DNA from: an uncultured Acidobacteriota bacterium | Lineage (GTDB): Bacteria; Acidobacteriota; Terriglobia; UBA7540 | Length of the DNA stretch: 64,000 bases | Reading direction: 5' to 3' | NCBI GenBank assembly: GCA_963825395.1 | Contig: CAWGTQ010000016.1 | Location: 388,269-452,268, forward strand | In this document: positions 8,986 to 21,320 of the stretch, piece after piece | Numbering within the stretch: position 1 is the first letter of the stretch | How the letters are laid out: each line of letters starts with the position of its first letter | Program-made: the position numbers and the translations under genes | Notes under the pieces: generated by a model | What the model saw: only the letters and a program-made list of their open reading frames with translations | What the model was told of the DNA's origin: nothing | Databases searched by the model: none

Positions 8986-10597
8986 TCAAATCACCACCGA
9001 CTCCTGATACTCGCCGAAGACCCGGCGGAGGGCATCGGAGATCTCGCCCACGGTGGCGTAAGCCTTGACGGCGTCGAGAATCGCCGGTAGCAAGTTGCGT
9101 TCGGTACGCGCGGTCTCTTCCACGGCTCGGAGGGTTGATTCCACGCGCGCGGCGTCGCGACGCGCCCGCAGTGCGGCCAGGCGCTCAACCTGGGTGCGTT
9201 CGATTTCGGGATCGATACGCAGAAGGGGCGGAGAGGCTGCGGGTCTCGTCCACATACTGGTTCACCCCCACCACCACACGCTCTTGCCGCTCGATGGCTC
9301 TCTGATATTCGTAAGCGGCCCGCTGGATCTCGCGCTGCACGTAACCCGATTCGATGGCGCGCACCATGCCTCCCATCGCATCGATCCTGCGCAAGTATTC
9401 CCGGGCCTGGGCCTCGATCTCACCGGTGAGTTTTTCGATAACGTAGGAGCCTGCCAGCGGATCGATAGTGTTAGCCACGCCGCTTTCCGCAGCCAGAATT
9501 TGTTGCGTACGCAAGGCCAGCAACGCGGAAGCTTCTGTGGGCAAGGCCAGAGCTTCGTCGCGAGAATTGGTGTGCAGAGATTGCGTCCCGCCCAGTACCG
9601 CCGCCAGCGCCTGGAGCGTGACGCGCACGATGTTTACGTCGGGCTGCTGCGCCGTGAGCGTGGAGCCGGCGGTTTGCGTGTGGAAGCGGAACATCCAGGA
9701 GCGCTGGTTCTGGGCTTGGAAGCGCTCATGCATGATACGCGCCCAGAGCCGCCGCGCGGCGCGGAACTTGGCGACTTCCTCCAGTAGATCGTTATGCGCA
9801 TTCAGAAAGAAGGAGAGGCGCGGCGCAAATTCATCCACCGCCAAGCCTCGCGCCAGCGCCGCTTCCACGTAAGCAATGGCATTGGCTAAGGTGAAAGCCA
9901 CTTCCTGCACAGCGGTCGAGCCTGCTTCACGAATGTGATAGCCGCTGATGGATATGGTGTTCCACCCGGGAGCGCGGTCGCGGCAGAAGGCAAAGATATC
10001 CGTCACGATGCGCAGCGCGGGAGCGAGCGGATAAATGTAAGTGCCCCGCGCAACGTATTCTTTCAGAATATCGTTCTGGACCGTTCCCGACAACCGACTG
10101 AGATCGGCGCCTTGCTTTTCGGCTACGGCGAAATAGAGCGACAGCAAAATCGCCGCCGTCGCGTTGATGGTCATTGACGCCGAGACCCGCTCGAGAGGAA
10201 TCCCCTGGAAGAGCATTTCCATGTCTTCGAGCGAGTCGATGGCCACGCCCACACGCCCCACTTCACCGTGCGCCAGGGGGTGGTCAGAATCAAGGCCAAT
10301 CTGCGTGGGAAGGTCGAACGCGACGGAGAGGCCCGTTTGCCCTTGCGATAGCAGATAACGGTAGCGTGCATTCGATTCGCGTGCCGTCCCGAAACCTGCG
10401 TATTGGCGCATCGTCCAGAGGCGGCTGCGGTAAAGGGCCGCGTGAATGCCACGCGTGAAGGGGTATTCACCCGGATAGCCTGCCTCACTCTCGTAGTCCC
10501 AGCCGGCAAGGTCCTCAGGCGCATAGAACCTCTTAAGCTTCAACCCCGAGCCCGTAACGAATTTGCTTTTAAGTTCCTTGTCGTGTTGTGCAGCCAT
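8986..10597 (-). pseudogene. methylmalonyl-CoA mutase family catalytic subunit carrying a +1 frameshift (or a homopolymer sequencing error)
   Basis: Track ORF 9185..10678 holds the MCM catalytic domain ([34 protein letters not shown]). The last ~85 aa ([18 protein letters not shown]...[16 protein letters not shown]) continue in ORF 8986..9255 in the +1 frame. The switch lies at the coding-strand run CCCC (plus 9225-9228). Confidence 0.8.
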
Positions 10598-10652
10598 AAA
10601 AGCGAACGGCCAAGCGCGCAGTGCGATCTCGCGCGCAACATGCACCGCCAAG

Positions 10653-11060
10653 TCAGTGCACGTTTCGCGCTTTTGCAAAGGAGTAAAGGCAAAGGATCGC
10701 CAGGAATACGGTGAATCCCCCGAACATTGTAAAGTGGACTAGGCCCAATTCCGGAGTTTTCCGGTAACCCTCCCACTCCGCAAAGGTTAGCGACGCCCCG
10801 GCAAGCGTCAAGACCATAAAGGCCAGCCCGATGAGCATGTGAAACAACCGCTTCGCGTTGAGAAACCAGTAATGGAACAGACGACCGAGTCGACTCAAAG
10901 CCTTCCTTTCCTGCCCTGTGCGGGCTCTTCCTATTCCCCGTACATTATCGTATGGACAAACCACGGTGCAGTCAAACACCGGCTCGGCTCCAGTGGCGGG
11001 TTCGGCGCGCACATACAAATTTGGGCCGGGCTGGAGATTTGAAATTCGCTTTGATTTCAC
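10653..11060 (-). CDS. hypothetical small membrane protein
   Basis: This is a 135-aa ORF with two predicted TM helices ([17 protein letters not shown] and [16 protein letters not shown]). I recognise no family. Confidence 0.4.
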   Translation of the reverse strand: MKSKRISNLQPGPNLYVRAEPATGAEPVFDCTVVCPYDNVRGIGRARTGQERKALSRLGRLFHYWFLNAKRLFHMLIGLAFMVLTLAGASLTFAEWEGYRKTPELGLVHFTMFGGFTVFLAILCLYSFAKARNVH

Positions 11061-11154
11061 GGGGTTAGGTGCCGCACCCGGCTTTTGCCTTGACGTCCTT
11101 CAACGGCAATCCTAGAATTGAATTTGCAAGCCACCTTTGCCTTCCAGGTGAGCC

Positions 11155-11454
11155 TTGGAGCTAGACGATAACTTCAAACGCCTAATTAAAGAATTAGGCG
11201 ACGCCATCAACGAGTCTCTCTCCGATTCCGACCGGATTGCCGAGGTCATGTCGCGCATCCGCAACGCCGGTTATGACCTCTTTCTCGTTCTGGAGGTCAC
11301 CATCGGCTTCAACAAGCGCGGCGAGGTGAACCTGGTGCATCGCCAGAAACTCAACGCCGATGTCCGGCCCGATCCCGAGTTCCGCCTGACCACGCAAGAC
11401 ACACAATTCCTTCGCGCCTTGAAAATTGTCGTGGATAAAGACCTTGACGCCTAG
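11155..11454 (+). CDS. hypothetical protein
   Basis: This is a 99-aa ORF with a non-ATG start and a plausible, non-repetitive composition. I recognise no family. Confidence 0.35.
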   Translation: MELDDNFKRLIKELGDAINESLSDSDRIAEVMSRIRNAGYDLFLVLEVTIGFNKRGEVNLVHRQKLNADVRPDPEFRLTTQDTQFLRALKIVVDKDLDA

Positions 11455-11730
11455 GTCAAGGTTACAGTGGTGTGGTGAGGTCGGCGGGTGACAGCACCAA
11501 CTATGCTAATCTAACGCCGCAGGGTAGAACGAAGCCCCCCAACTCCTGGATCGCCATCGCCCTCCACACGCAAATTATTTTCCGGCTGGTAGCGGAGGAA
11601 TTTTCCCTCGCGTTTTACTCCAAGTTACGGCCCCCAGAAAGTTCCCGCGCTGTTGGTGATTCGGCGTGAGAAGTCGCCTTCACGCCCGTTGGCAGCACCC
11701 GACGCCAGCAGCATCTGCAGTCCGTTCGAT

Positions 11731-12738
11731 CTACGGTCTTTCCCATTTGCCGGATTCCCCTGATCGCAAGACGGCATCGATCACGGACATATTCTTGATT
11801 GCATCCTCGACTGGAACCGCAACATCGCCTCCTTCGCGAATCGCCCTCGAGAACACGTCGCCTTGAATCGTATACTGGTCGCAGGTAGCGAACTCCTCCG
11901 TTCTCACGCCCCCTCCGAAGAGGTCAACGCCGTTATCAACGAAGATCCGGCAAGGCCTGTCGTTCGGGGCATTGAACGGGATCTCAACCTCGATACGTCC
12001 TTGCGTTCCGAAAAACTGCATCCGCTGATAGGGCACGAGTTGGGTGCTGCAGGTGAAGATGGACTGTCCCGACGGGAAATCGAGGATCGCGGAGGTCAGC
12101 CGGTCAATCTTCATCTCGGGATCGCGTTCGATCAGCCCCATCACCCGCAAGGGTTCTTCGCGAAAAACAAAACGCGAGGTCGTGATCGGGTAGCAACCGA
12201 TGTCCATTAAACCACCGCCACCCCACTCGGGGACATTGCGGATATTGGCGGGGTCACGGTTAAAGTAGCTGAAGAAGCCTATGATCGAGCGTAACGTGCC
12301 GATCTGGCCAGCCTCGATGATCTCCCGGGTGCGCAGCCACTGCGGGTGCGTGCGGACCATAAAAGCTTCACCGATCTTGACGCCGGTGCGGTCCCGCGCC
12401 GCCAGAAGTGTACGGGCCTCCTCGGCAGTCAGGCTCAGCGGTTTTTCGCATAGGACATGCTTGCCCGCTTCAATCGCCTTGAGGGTCCACGGGACATGAA
12501 GCTGATTTGGGAGCGGGTTGTAAACCGCCTCAATCTCTGGATCCCGCAAGAGCTCTTCATATGATCCATAGGCCTTATCGATGCCGAGCGCGCTTGCCGC
12601 GGCTTCGGCTTTGTGCCGGTCACGCGAGGCGATCGCTGATATCTTACTCCACTCTCCCTGCTGCATGGCCGGTATCACCTTCCGAACCGCGATCTGGGCA
12701 ACGCCCAGAACGCCCCACCGCACTTTGTCTCGCACCAC
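11731..12738 (-). CDS. Gfo/Idh/MocA family oxidoreductase
   Basis: It has the Rossmann N-terminus VRWGVLGVAQIA and the motif CEKPL. I chose the GTG start at 12738 because AAGGAG lies 5 nt upstream; the track start at 12792 is less likely. Confidence 0.8.
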   Translation of the reverse strand: MVRDKVRWGVLGVAQIAVRKVIPAMQQGEWSKISAIASRDRHKAEAAASALGIDKAYGSYEELLRDPEIEAVYNPLPNQLHVPWTLKAIEAGKHVLCEKPLSLTAEEARTLLAARDRTGVKIGEAFMVRTHPQWLRTREIIEAGQIGTLRSIIGFFSYFNRDPANIRNVPEWGGGGLMDIGCYPITTSRFVFREEPLRVMGLIERDPEMKIDRLTSAILDFPSGQSIFTCSTQLVPYQRMQFFGTQGRIEVEIPFNAPNDRPCRIFVDNGVDLFGGGVRTEEFATCDQYTIQGDVFSRAIREGGDVAVPVEDAIKNMSVIDAVLRSGESGKWERP

Positions 12739-12835
12739 GGTTTCTCCTTTCCAAGCACTGGATTCTATCGCGAAAGCGCCGCCACGATCCAATCATTCCT
12801 GGAATCTAAATCGTGACTCTGACATCCTGAGTCTT

Positions 12836-13096
12836 TCAGTATTCCGTCATGGTCCCGTCCTTTGCGTCCAGGTCGATGCGCATAATCCACTCGCAATTGA
12901 CGTAGTGGGATTGAAAGAACTTTTCCAGAGTGGGTTGGTCTGGGGCTTCAACTTCCGTGAGCATTCGCCCCCCAATCTGGCTGCCAAGACACCGCCGGAC
13001 TTTCACCTCTTTACCATTGATCAGCGTTCGCATTAACTCTCTTAAGGCCTGCTTTGTCAGGCAAGCCGTGGTGTGCGCGGCAAAATAGAGTGGCAT
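12836..13096 (-). CDS. small hypothetical protein
   Basis: This is an 86-aa ORF with a compact, non-repetitive sequence. The family is not securely recognised. Confidence 0.4.
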   Translation of the reverse strand: MPLYFAAHTTACLTKQALRELMRTLINGKEVKVRRCLGSQIGGRMLTEVEAPDQPTLEKFFQSHYVNCEWIMRIDLDAKDGTMTEY

Positions 13097-13143
13097 GGGT
13101 CCTCGCTGAGACAGGATTTAGGATCAAGGATTCAGTATAAGTC

Positions 13144-13216
13144 GTAGCGCCGAGCTTTAGCTCCGTACGTGCCCCCCCTTCGCCCGCTCAGGGCAAGCTC
13201 TAAAGGTCGGTGCTAC
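13144..13216. repeat. REP-B-like element, degenerate
   Basis: It reads gtagcgccgagctttagctccgtacgtgcc ... agctctaaaggtcggtgctac and is related to the copies at 20527, 30502, 31681 and 44167. Confidence 0.5.
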
Positions 13217-13243
13217 TTAGCCATTAATCCTGAATTCTAGATC

Positions 13244-14098
13244 CTACTTCAGTCCCAAATGCCGCGCGATCAGCGCGTCGCGCCAGTGGTCAGGCAGAGC
13301 GCGGCCGAGGCTGATTTCGAGCCCGGAGTGGGCGCCCACCACGTAGCGCGTGCGGGGGCGTCGGGCGGTCAGCGCGTGTACGACAGCCTTCACCACCACC
13401 TCGGTTGATGCTGCCTGGGCGGACTCCCGTTCGATGGTGTCGCGAACGACGCGCATGGCGGGCCCATACAACTGAAGGGCTTCGGCAGGGAGTTGCGCCC
13501 GGAGCGCCTCCTCGCTGGTCAGCGATTTTTTCAAGATGGGCGTCCGAATGAAACCCGGCTCCACAATCGAAACGAGAATCTTCCAGGGCCGAAGCTCCAT
13601 GCGCAACGCGTCTGTCAAAGCTTCCAGCGCGAACTTAGAAGCGGAATAGGCACCAGTAAACGGGCTGGAGATCAGGCCACTCACTGAGCCGATATTCACA
13701 ATGCGGCCCCGCGCCTTGCGCAGGCTGGCAAGCAAGATCTGGGTGACGGCGATTTGGCCGACCACGTTGACCTCCAGCTGGCGGCGGAGGGCATCGAGTG
13801 GCAGGAACTCCAGCATTCCGCCCACAACGATGCCGGCGTTGTTGATGAGTCCTGCCAGTCCAGCGCCGCCCAACGCCTCAATGACATTGCGGGCAGCCTG
13901 GCTAACTTCCGTCTCATCGGTGATGTCCAGGCGGACCGGAACCAGCCGCTCGGATGCGCGCCGCCGCAGGGACTCACCATCAGCAGCTTTGCGGATGCAC
14001 GCGAAGACGCGATATCCCAGCTTATCGATGTGCAACGCACACGCTTCCCCGATCCCCGTCGATGCTCCCGTAATGACCACAGCGCCCTTGTCTGCCAT
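13244..14098 (-). CDS. SDR family oxidoreductase
   Basis: The internal ATG at 14098 gives MADKGAVVITGASTGIGEA. NNAG and YSASKFA (YxxxK) are present. Confidence 0.85.
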   Translation of the reverse strand: MADKGAVVITGASTGIGEACALHIDKLGYRVFACIRKAADGESLRRRASERLVPVRLDITDETEVSQAARNVIEALGGAGLAGLINNAGIVVGGMLEFLPLDALRRQLEVNVVGQIAVTQILLASLRKARGRIVNIGSVSGLISSPFTGAYSASKFALEALTDALRMELRPWKILVSIVEPGFIRTPILKKSLTSEEALRAQLPAEALQLYGPAMRVVRDTIERESAQAASTEVVVKAVVHALTARRPRTRYVVGAHSGLEISLGRALPDHWRDALIARHLGLK

Positions 14099-14260
14099 CG
14101 GCCCTCCTCTTTGCGGAGGGCTATAATACCAGCGGACACGCGCCTTGCGCTTTGATGAATTTTTATTACCGATGAGGAAGGTAGCCCCTTCCCCACTCGC
14201 CTGAATCATCCGGGTTAAGCCCTCAAGAAATGAGAGAAAAAGTTGAGGGGAGCTTGCCTT

Positions 14261-14848
14261 TCACTCCAAGGCGGCAAGCAATAGAGAAGCCTTTCGCGCC
14301 AGGTTCAGAGCACGCGGAAGATCGCCGCTTGCCATTGCGTGCGTGGCCTGCGCAAAGAATGTGCGCGCATCTTCAAGCGTTTTCTGATCGTTGGTAGAGA
14401 GCCGTGCGCCATTGAAGCGAGCTAGGCGCTGGCGGACGTCCTGCTCGAGTTGGCGAAACTGGTTCTTGAGATCGTTTTCCTGGGCAGTGCTTTGTCGTGG
14501 TTCGAGGGCGGGAATTTCCGCGGGAGGTGTCTCAGGAGTTTCCTGCGTGGAGGTTTCATCGGGCTCGGGGGCCGTTGCGGTGCGCGCCGGGTTCCGTCGA
14601 CGGTGAGAGGCCGTGGGCTCTGGGGTTTGGGGTGGCGCAATCTCTTCCGGCTCAGGTTCAGGTGGGGGTGCAGGTTCCTCGATCACCAGAACTTGTGGTT
14701 CCGTGGCGGCTGGCGCCGCCGCCGGGGCTTGCGCCGGAGCGTGCGCCGGAACGTAAACAATAAGGCTTTTGGAGGCCTGGCGTTTGGGACAACCGCCAAA
14801 CCAGAGCAACAGAGCGCAAAGCGATGAAATAGACCCACGCCGCAGCAT
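14261..14848 (-). CDS. Pro/Glu-rich lipoprotein, hypothetical
   Basis: The signal peptide ends in a lipobox-like LWFGGC. A long PAPE-rich linker and a helical C-terminal domain follow. Confidence 0.55.
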   Translation of the reverse strand: MLRRGSISSLCALLLWFGGCPKRQASKSLIVYVPAHAPAQAPAAAPAATEPQVLVIEEPAPPPEPEPEEIAPPQTPEPTASHRRRNPARTATAPEPDETSTQETPETPPAEIPALEPRQSTAQENDLKNQFRQLEQDVRQRLARFNGARLSTNDQKTLEDARTFFAQATHAMASGDLPRALNLARKASLLLAALE

Positions 14849-15135
14849 CTTGAGAATTCTATCATTACCGACGCTCAGGGCGAAACCCGCCTGCCGGCGC
14901 AGGAGACGGGCCTCCCCTGGTCGATGGCTCGTGATTTTTGGTAAGGGTTAATAGAAAAAAGCAAACCTTTCCCTCGATTCAGATTATTGACGTCCGATGT
15001 GGAAGCCCCGATAATTTGCCCGTTAGGGGCGTTTGATTGCTCCTCCGCGGCCAAATCTAGGTTAGCCGCACCCCGCGTCGGGTCTTAGGTCAGCCCAGTC
15101 TCAGGGACATCGCTATCCAATCGGAGAGTGGTCAT

Positions 15136-18492
<3,357 letters not shown>

Positions 18493-18653
18493 AAGGGTGG
18501 GTGAGTTTAGGAAATCCGGAATGTATTGCGCCAACGGTGATCGGCACGAAGCATTGTGGATAACCCGAGAATGCCCACCAATACCTGCGCAAGCCCATGC
18601 TGTTCCAAGGACGAGCCGGAAAGCGACATTTTCGACCACAGAGGAGTTCCTCT

Positions 18654-19226
18654 ATGCCCCACATCAAACTTTCGGACGAATTGCCCGGAATCGTAAGCCT
18701 TTTCGCGTTTCGCCCCGAGACGGCGAAGCCCCTGCGTGCGCTGGCGGAGGCTCTGCTGCGAGGACCCAGCACGCTCACGTCCGGTGAGCGCGAGTTGATC
18801 GCCACCTATGTTTCTTCCCGGAACGATTGCTACTTTTGCCAGACCAGCCATGGCGCGGCGGCCGCGCACCATTTCGGCGGCAACGAACAACTGATCGTGG
18901 AGGTAAAGCAGAACTTCGAAGTTGCGCCCATTTCCGCCAAGCTCAAGGCGCTGTTGGCCATTGCCGGTAAGGTCCAGTTGGGCGGGAAGAATGTCACCCC
19001 TGCGGACGTCGAGCGGGCGCGGCAGCAAGGTGCGACGGACCTGGAAATTCACGACACCGTGCTGATTGCCGCGGCCTTTTGCATGTACAACCGCTATGTG
19101 GACGGCCTGGGAACGTGGGCGCCTCGCAATGCCGACTTATACCGGCAGATGGGCGCCAGGATGGCCGATGAGGGTTACATCAAAGCGGACCCGCCCGCTG
19201 CCCGAGCGCAAACAACCGCCAAATAA
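18654..19226 (+). CDS. AhpD-like / carboxymuconolactone decarboxylase family peroxidase-related protein (CxxC)
   Basis: The ATG at 18654 follows GAGGAG. The redox motif is NDCYFCQTSH. It is a paralog of the next two genes. Confidence 0.8.
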   Translation: MPHIKLSDELPGIVSLFAFRPETAKPLRALAEALLRGPSTLTSGERELIATYVSSRNDCYFCQTSHGAAAAHHFGGNEQLIVEVKQNFEVAPISAKLKALLAIAGKVQLGGKNVTPADVERARQQGATDLEIHDTVLIAAAFCMYNRYVDGLGTWAPRNADLYRQMGARMADEGYIKADPPAARAQTTAK

Positions 19227-19241
19227 TTGAAGGAGAAGGCT

Positions 19242-19781
19242 ATGCCTTACATCACGCTGCCCGAAGGTTTGCCGGGGATTCGCGGTCCCATGGCGTTCCG
19301 TCCCGAGACCGCGAAGCCGTTGAACCAACTCGTGGAGGTCCTGCTCCGTGGACCGAACACTCTCACGCCCGGTGAGCGCGAGCTCATCGCCACCTACGTT
19401 TCGTCGCAGAACGACTGTTTTTTCTGCCAGAACATCCACGGCGCAGTTGCCGCGTACCATCTGGGCGGGAACGAGAATCTGGTGTTGGATGTAAAGCGGA
19501 ACTACGAGGGTGCGCAAGTCTCCAGCAAACTCAAGGCGCTACTCGCCATCGCCGGGAAGGTGCAGCAGGGTGGCAAGCAGGTGAAGGCGGAAGACGTCGC
19601 CCGCGCCCGCCAGGAGGGGGCAACCGACCGGGAGATTCATGACACTGTGCTGATTGCCGCGGTCTTTTGCCTGGCCAACCGCTATGTGGACGGATTGGCA
19701 ACCTGGCAGCCCGACGATCCGGAAATGTACCGGGCGCGCGGCGCCAAGACCGCTCAGGAAGGGTATGGGAAGACGCCTTGA
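19242..19781 (+). CDS. AhpD-like / carboxymuconolactone decarboxylase family peroxidase-related protein (CxxC)
   Basis: The ATG at 19242 follows AAGGAG. The redox motif is NDCFFCQNIH. It is a tandem paralog of 18654..19226. Confidence 0.8.
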   Translation: MPYITLPEGLPGIRGPMAFRPETAKPLNQLVEVLLRGPNTLTPGERELIATYVSSQNDCFFCQNIHGAVAAYHLGGNENLVLDVKRNYEGAQVSSKLKALLAIAGKVQQGGKQVKAEDVARARQEGATDREIHDTVLIAAVFCLANRYVDGLATWQPDDPEMYRARGAKTAQEGYGKTP

Positions 19782-19933
19782 TGGGATCGAAGCTCCGCGG
19801 GAAGCATTAAGAGCAAGTCAATAGGCAAAGGACAAAAGTGCGAGACGGTTGCGGACAAAGGCTTTTCGCACCAGGGAGTTGAGATTCAAGCTTCGAAGGA
19901 TTCAAGCACCGGGGGTGGGGTCATCGAGCTTCA

Positions 19934-20335
19934 AGCCCCGGAGGGGCGGCATGATGTAGCCCACGGCGAGCCAGCCGTGGGCTGCGGATGGACTACGGGA
20001 TTCGAAAGCCCCGGAGGGGCGGCATCATGTGGCCCACGGCGAGCCACCCGTGGGAGAAACAAAGCCGAACGAGTTCTGAGCCCCGTAGGGGGCGCCATCA
20101 GAGACCGTTCACAGGGACTCGAGCCCGATCCGCGATAGGGTTCTGGCGGAAGAAATCCCCGATGCCGCCCCTACCGAGGCTGACAAAGTGGATATGCCTT
20201 TTGTTCCCCACGGCTGGCTCGCCGTGGGCCATAAGACGTCGCCGCTACGCGGCTTTAGATCACCCCGAAACTCTTAAGTTGGCGCTTTTGGGCTGTTGGC
20301 CTGGGCTGTAATAAGGCGCCCCTTTGGGGCTTGAA
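19934..20335. repeat. cluster of REP-E units (agccccggaggggcggcatgatgtagcccacggcgagccagccgtggg) in both orientations
   Basis: Near-identical units lie at 19934-19982 and 20007-20054, with a partial unit at 20079-20100. Inverted copies lie at 20157-20250 and 20307-20335. Confidence 0.65.
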
Positions 20336-20526
20336 GGCACCAATGCCCGGATAGAACCGCCCAGGCTGGGGAGAAGTCCGGGCTAGGAGCGTGTCGGAGA
20401 TAAGAGTTATTCGACGAAGAATCAATAACTTACAAGCATTGGCAAGCCGTTAAGTTGTTGATTCTACACACGGCAAGATTTATCTCAGGTAGGCTCCTAA
20501 TGTTGCGTAAGGAAAATGCGTTTACC

Positions 20527-20576
20527 GTAGCGCCGCCCTTTAGGGCGGCACATGCCGGGCTAAAGCCCAGCGCTAC
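20527..20576. repeat. REP-B copy
   Basis: It reads gtagcgccgccctttagggcggcacatgccgggctaaagcccagcgctac, that is two hairpins between GTAGCGC and GCGCTAC termini. Confidence 0.7.
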
Positions 20577-20702
20577 AACGAGTTGACATCCGTCGTATAA
20601 GTAAGCCTATTTTCCTTACGCAACACCAGGCCCCTAAGGCAAGAGGTTACGGTCGGCTAACGACTGAAAACTGACCACTGACAAGCTCTTCGAGGCGAAT
20701 TC

Positions 20703-21320
20703 ATGGACCCCAACAAACCCAAAATGCCGCCGATGTTCCTCCCCGAGGTCGAGAATAACCCGCAACGCGGTGGGCGGGGTGACATGATCCGCCAGATGCG
20801 GGACTCGGGGAAGGAATATCCGCAAATCTGGCACTTGTTCGCTTTTTGTCCGGAGGCAACGAACCATCTGGGCGGCTTTACGCAGGAGGTCATGCGCGGG
20901 AAGTCTCCGCTCACTCCGGGCCTGCGGGAGTTGATCGCCGCCTTCACATCGGCGGGGAACCACTGTCCGTTTTGAGCGAAATATCACGCCGCAGTTGCGG
21001 CGGAATTGCTGGGCAGTGAAGAGGTGGTGCGCGGGGCGATTGACGATCTGGAAAATTCCGCCCTTCCGGAAAAAGAAAAAGCTCTGCTGCGCTTTGTCAT
21101 CAAAGTGAACCATCGCGCGTGGGAAATTACTGCCGGCGATATGAAAGTTCTGTACGCAGCCGGCTGGACGGACGAAGCCATCTATAACGCCGTCACGGTG
21201 TGCGCGCTCTTCAATTTCTACAACCGCTGGATTGACGCCACGGGCGTACACGCCATGTCGGACGAGGCGCATCGGGAATTTGGAAAACGAACTGCCCTAC
21301 ATGGTTATAACCCTAAATAA
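20703..21320 (+). CDS. AhpD-like/CMD family protein with in-frame TGA at the second Cys of CxxC: candidate selenoprotein (CxxU)
   Basis: Track ORFs 20703..20975 and 21006..21320 share one frame, with only TGA (20973-20975) between them. The read-through sequence NHCPF[TGA]AKYHAAVAAE aligns with NDCYFCQTSHGAAAAH and NDCFFCQNIHGAVAAY in the two paralogs upstream. Confidence 0.6.
20976..21009 (+). promoter_or_regulatory. candidate bacterial SECIS hairpin
   Basis: The lower stem pairs GCGA (20976-79) with UUGC (21006-09). The upper stem is CGCCGC (20987-92), loop AGUU, GCGGCG (20997-21002). The apical loop contains GU and starts 17 nt after the UGA. Confidence 0.45.

Noticed and set aside
9221-9240. 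Programmed +1 ribosomal frameshifting at CCGCCCCTTC (also 60919-60928).
   Set aside because: The 0-frame codons (GCC CCT TC.) do not allow P-site re-pairing in the +1 frame, and no stimulatory stop or rare codon is evident. An extra C in a CCCC run is the simpler explanation. I keep it as a finding only because of the shared context.
20584-20625. Possible sigma70-like promoter (TTGACA at 20584) upstream of the putative selenoprotein gene.
   Set aside because: No convincing -10 hexamer lies at 16-18 nt spacing; the best candidate, TATTTT, is at 19 nt. The promoter consensus for this phylum is uncertain.
20634-21272. 212-aa ORF on the minus strand.
   Set aside because: It is antisense to the AhpD-like (putative Sec) gene and has no motifs. 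Accepting it would ignore the clear paralogy of the plus-strand frame.
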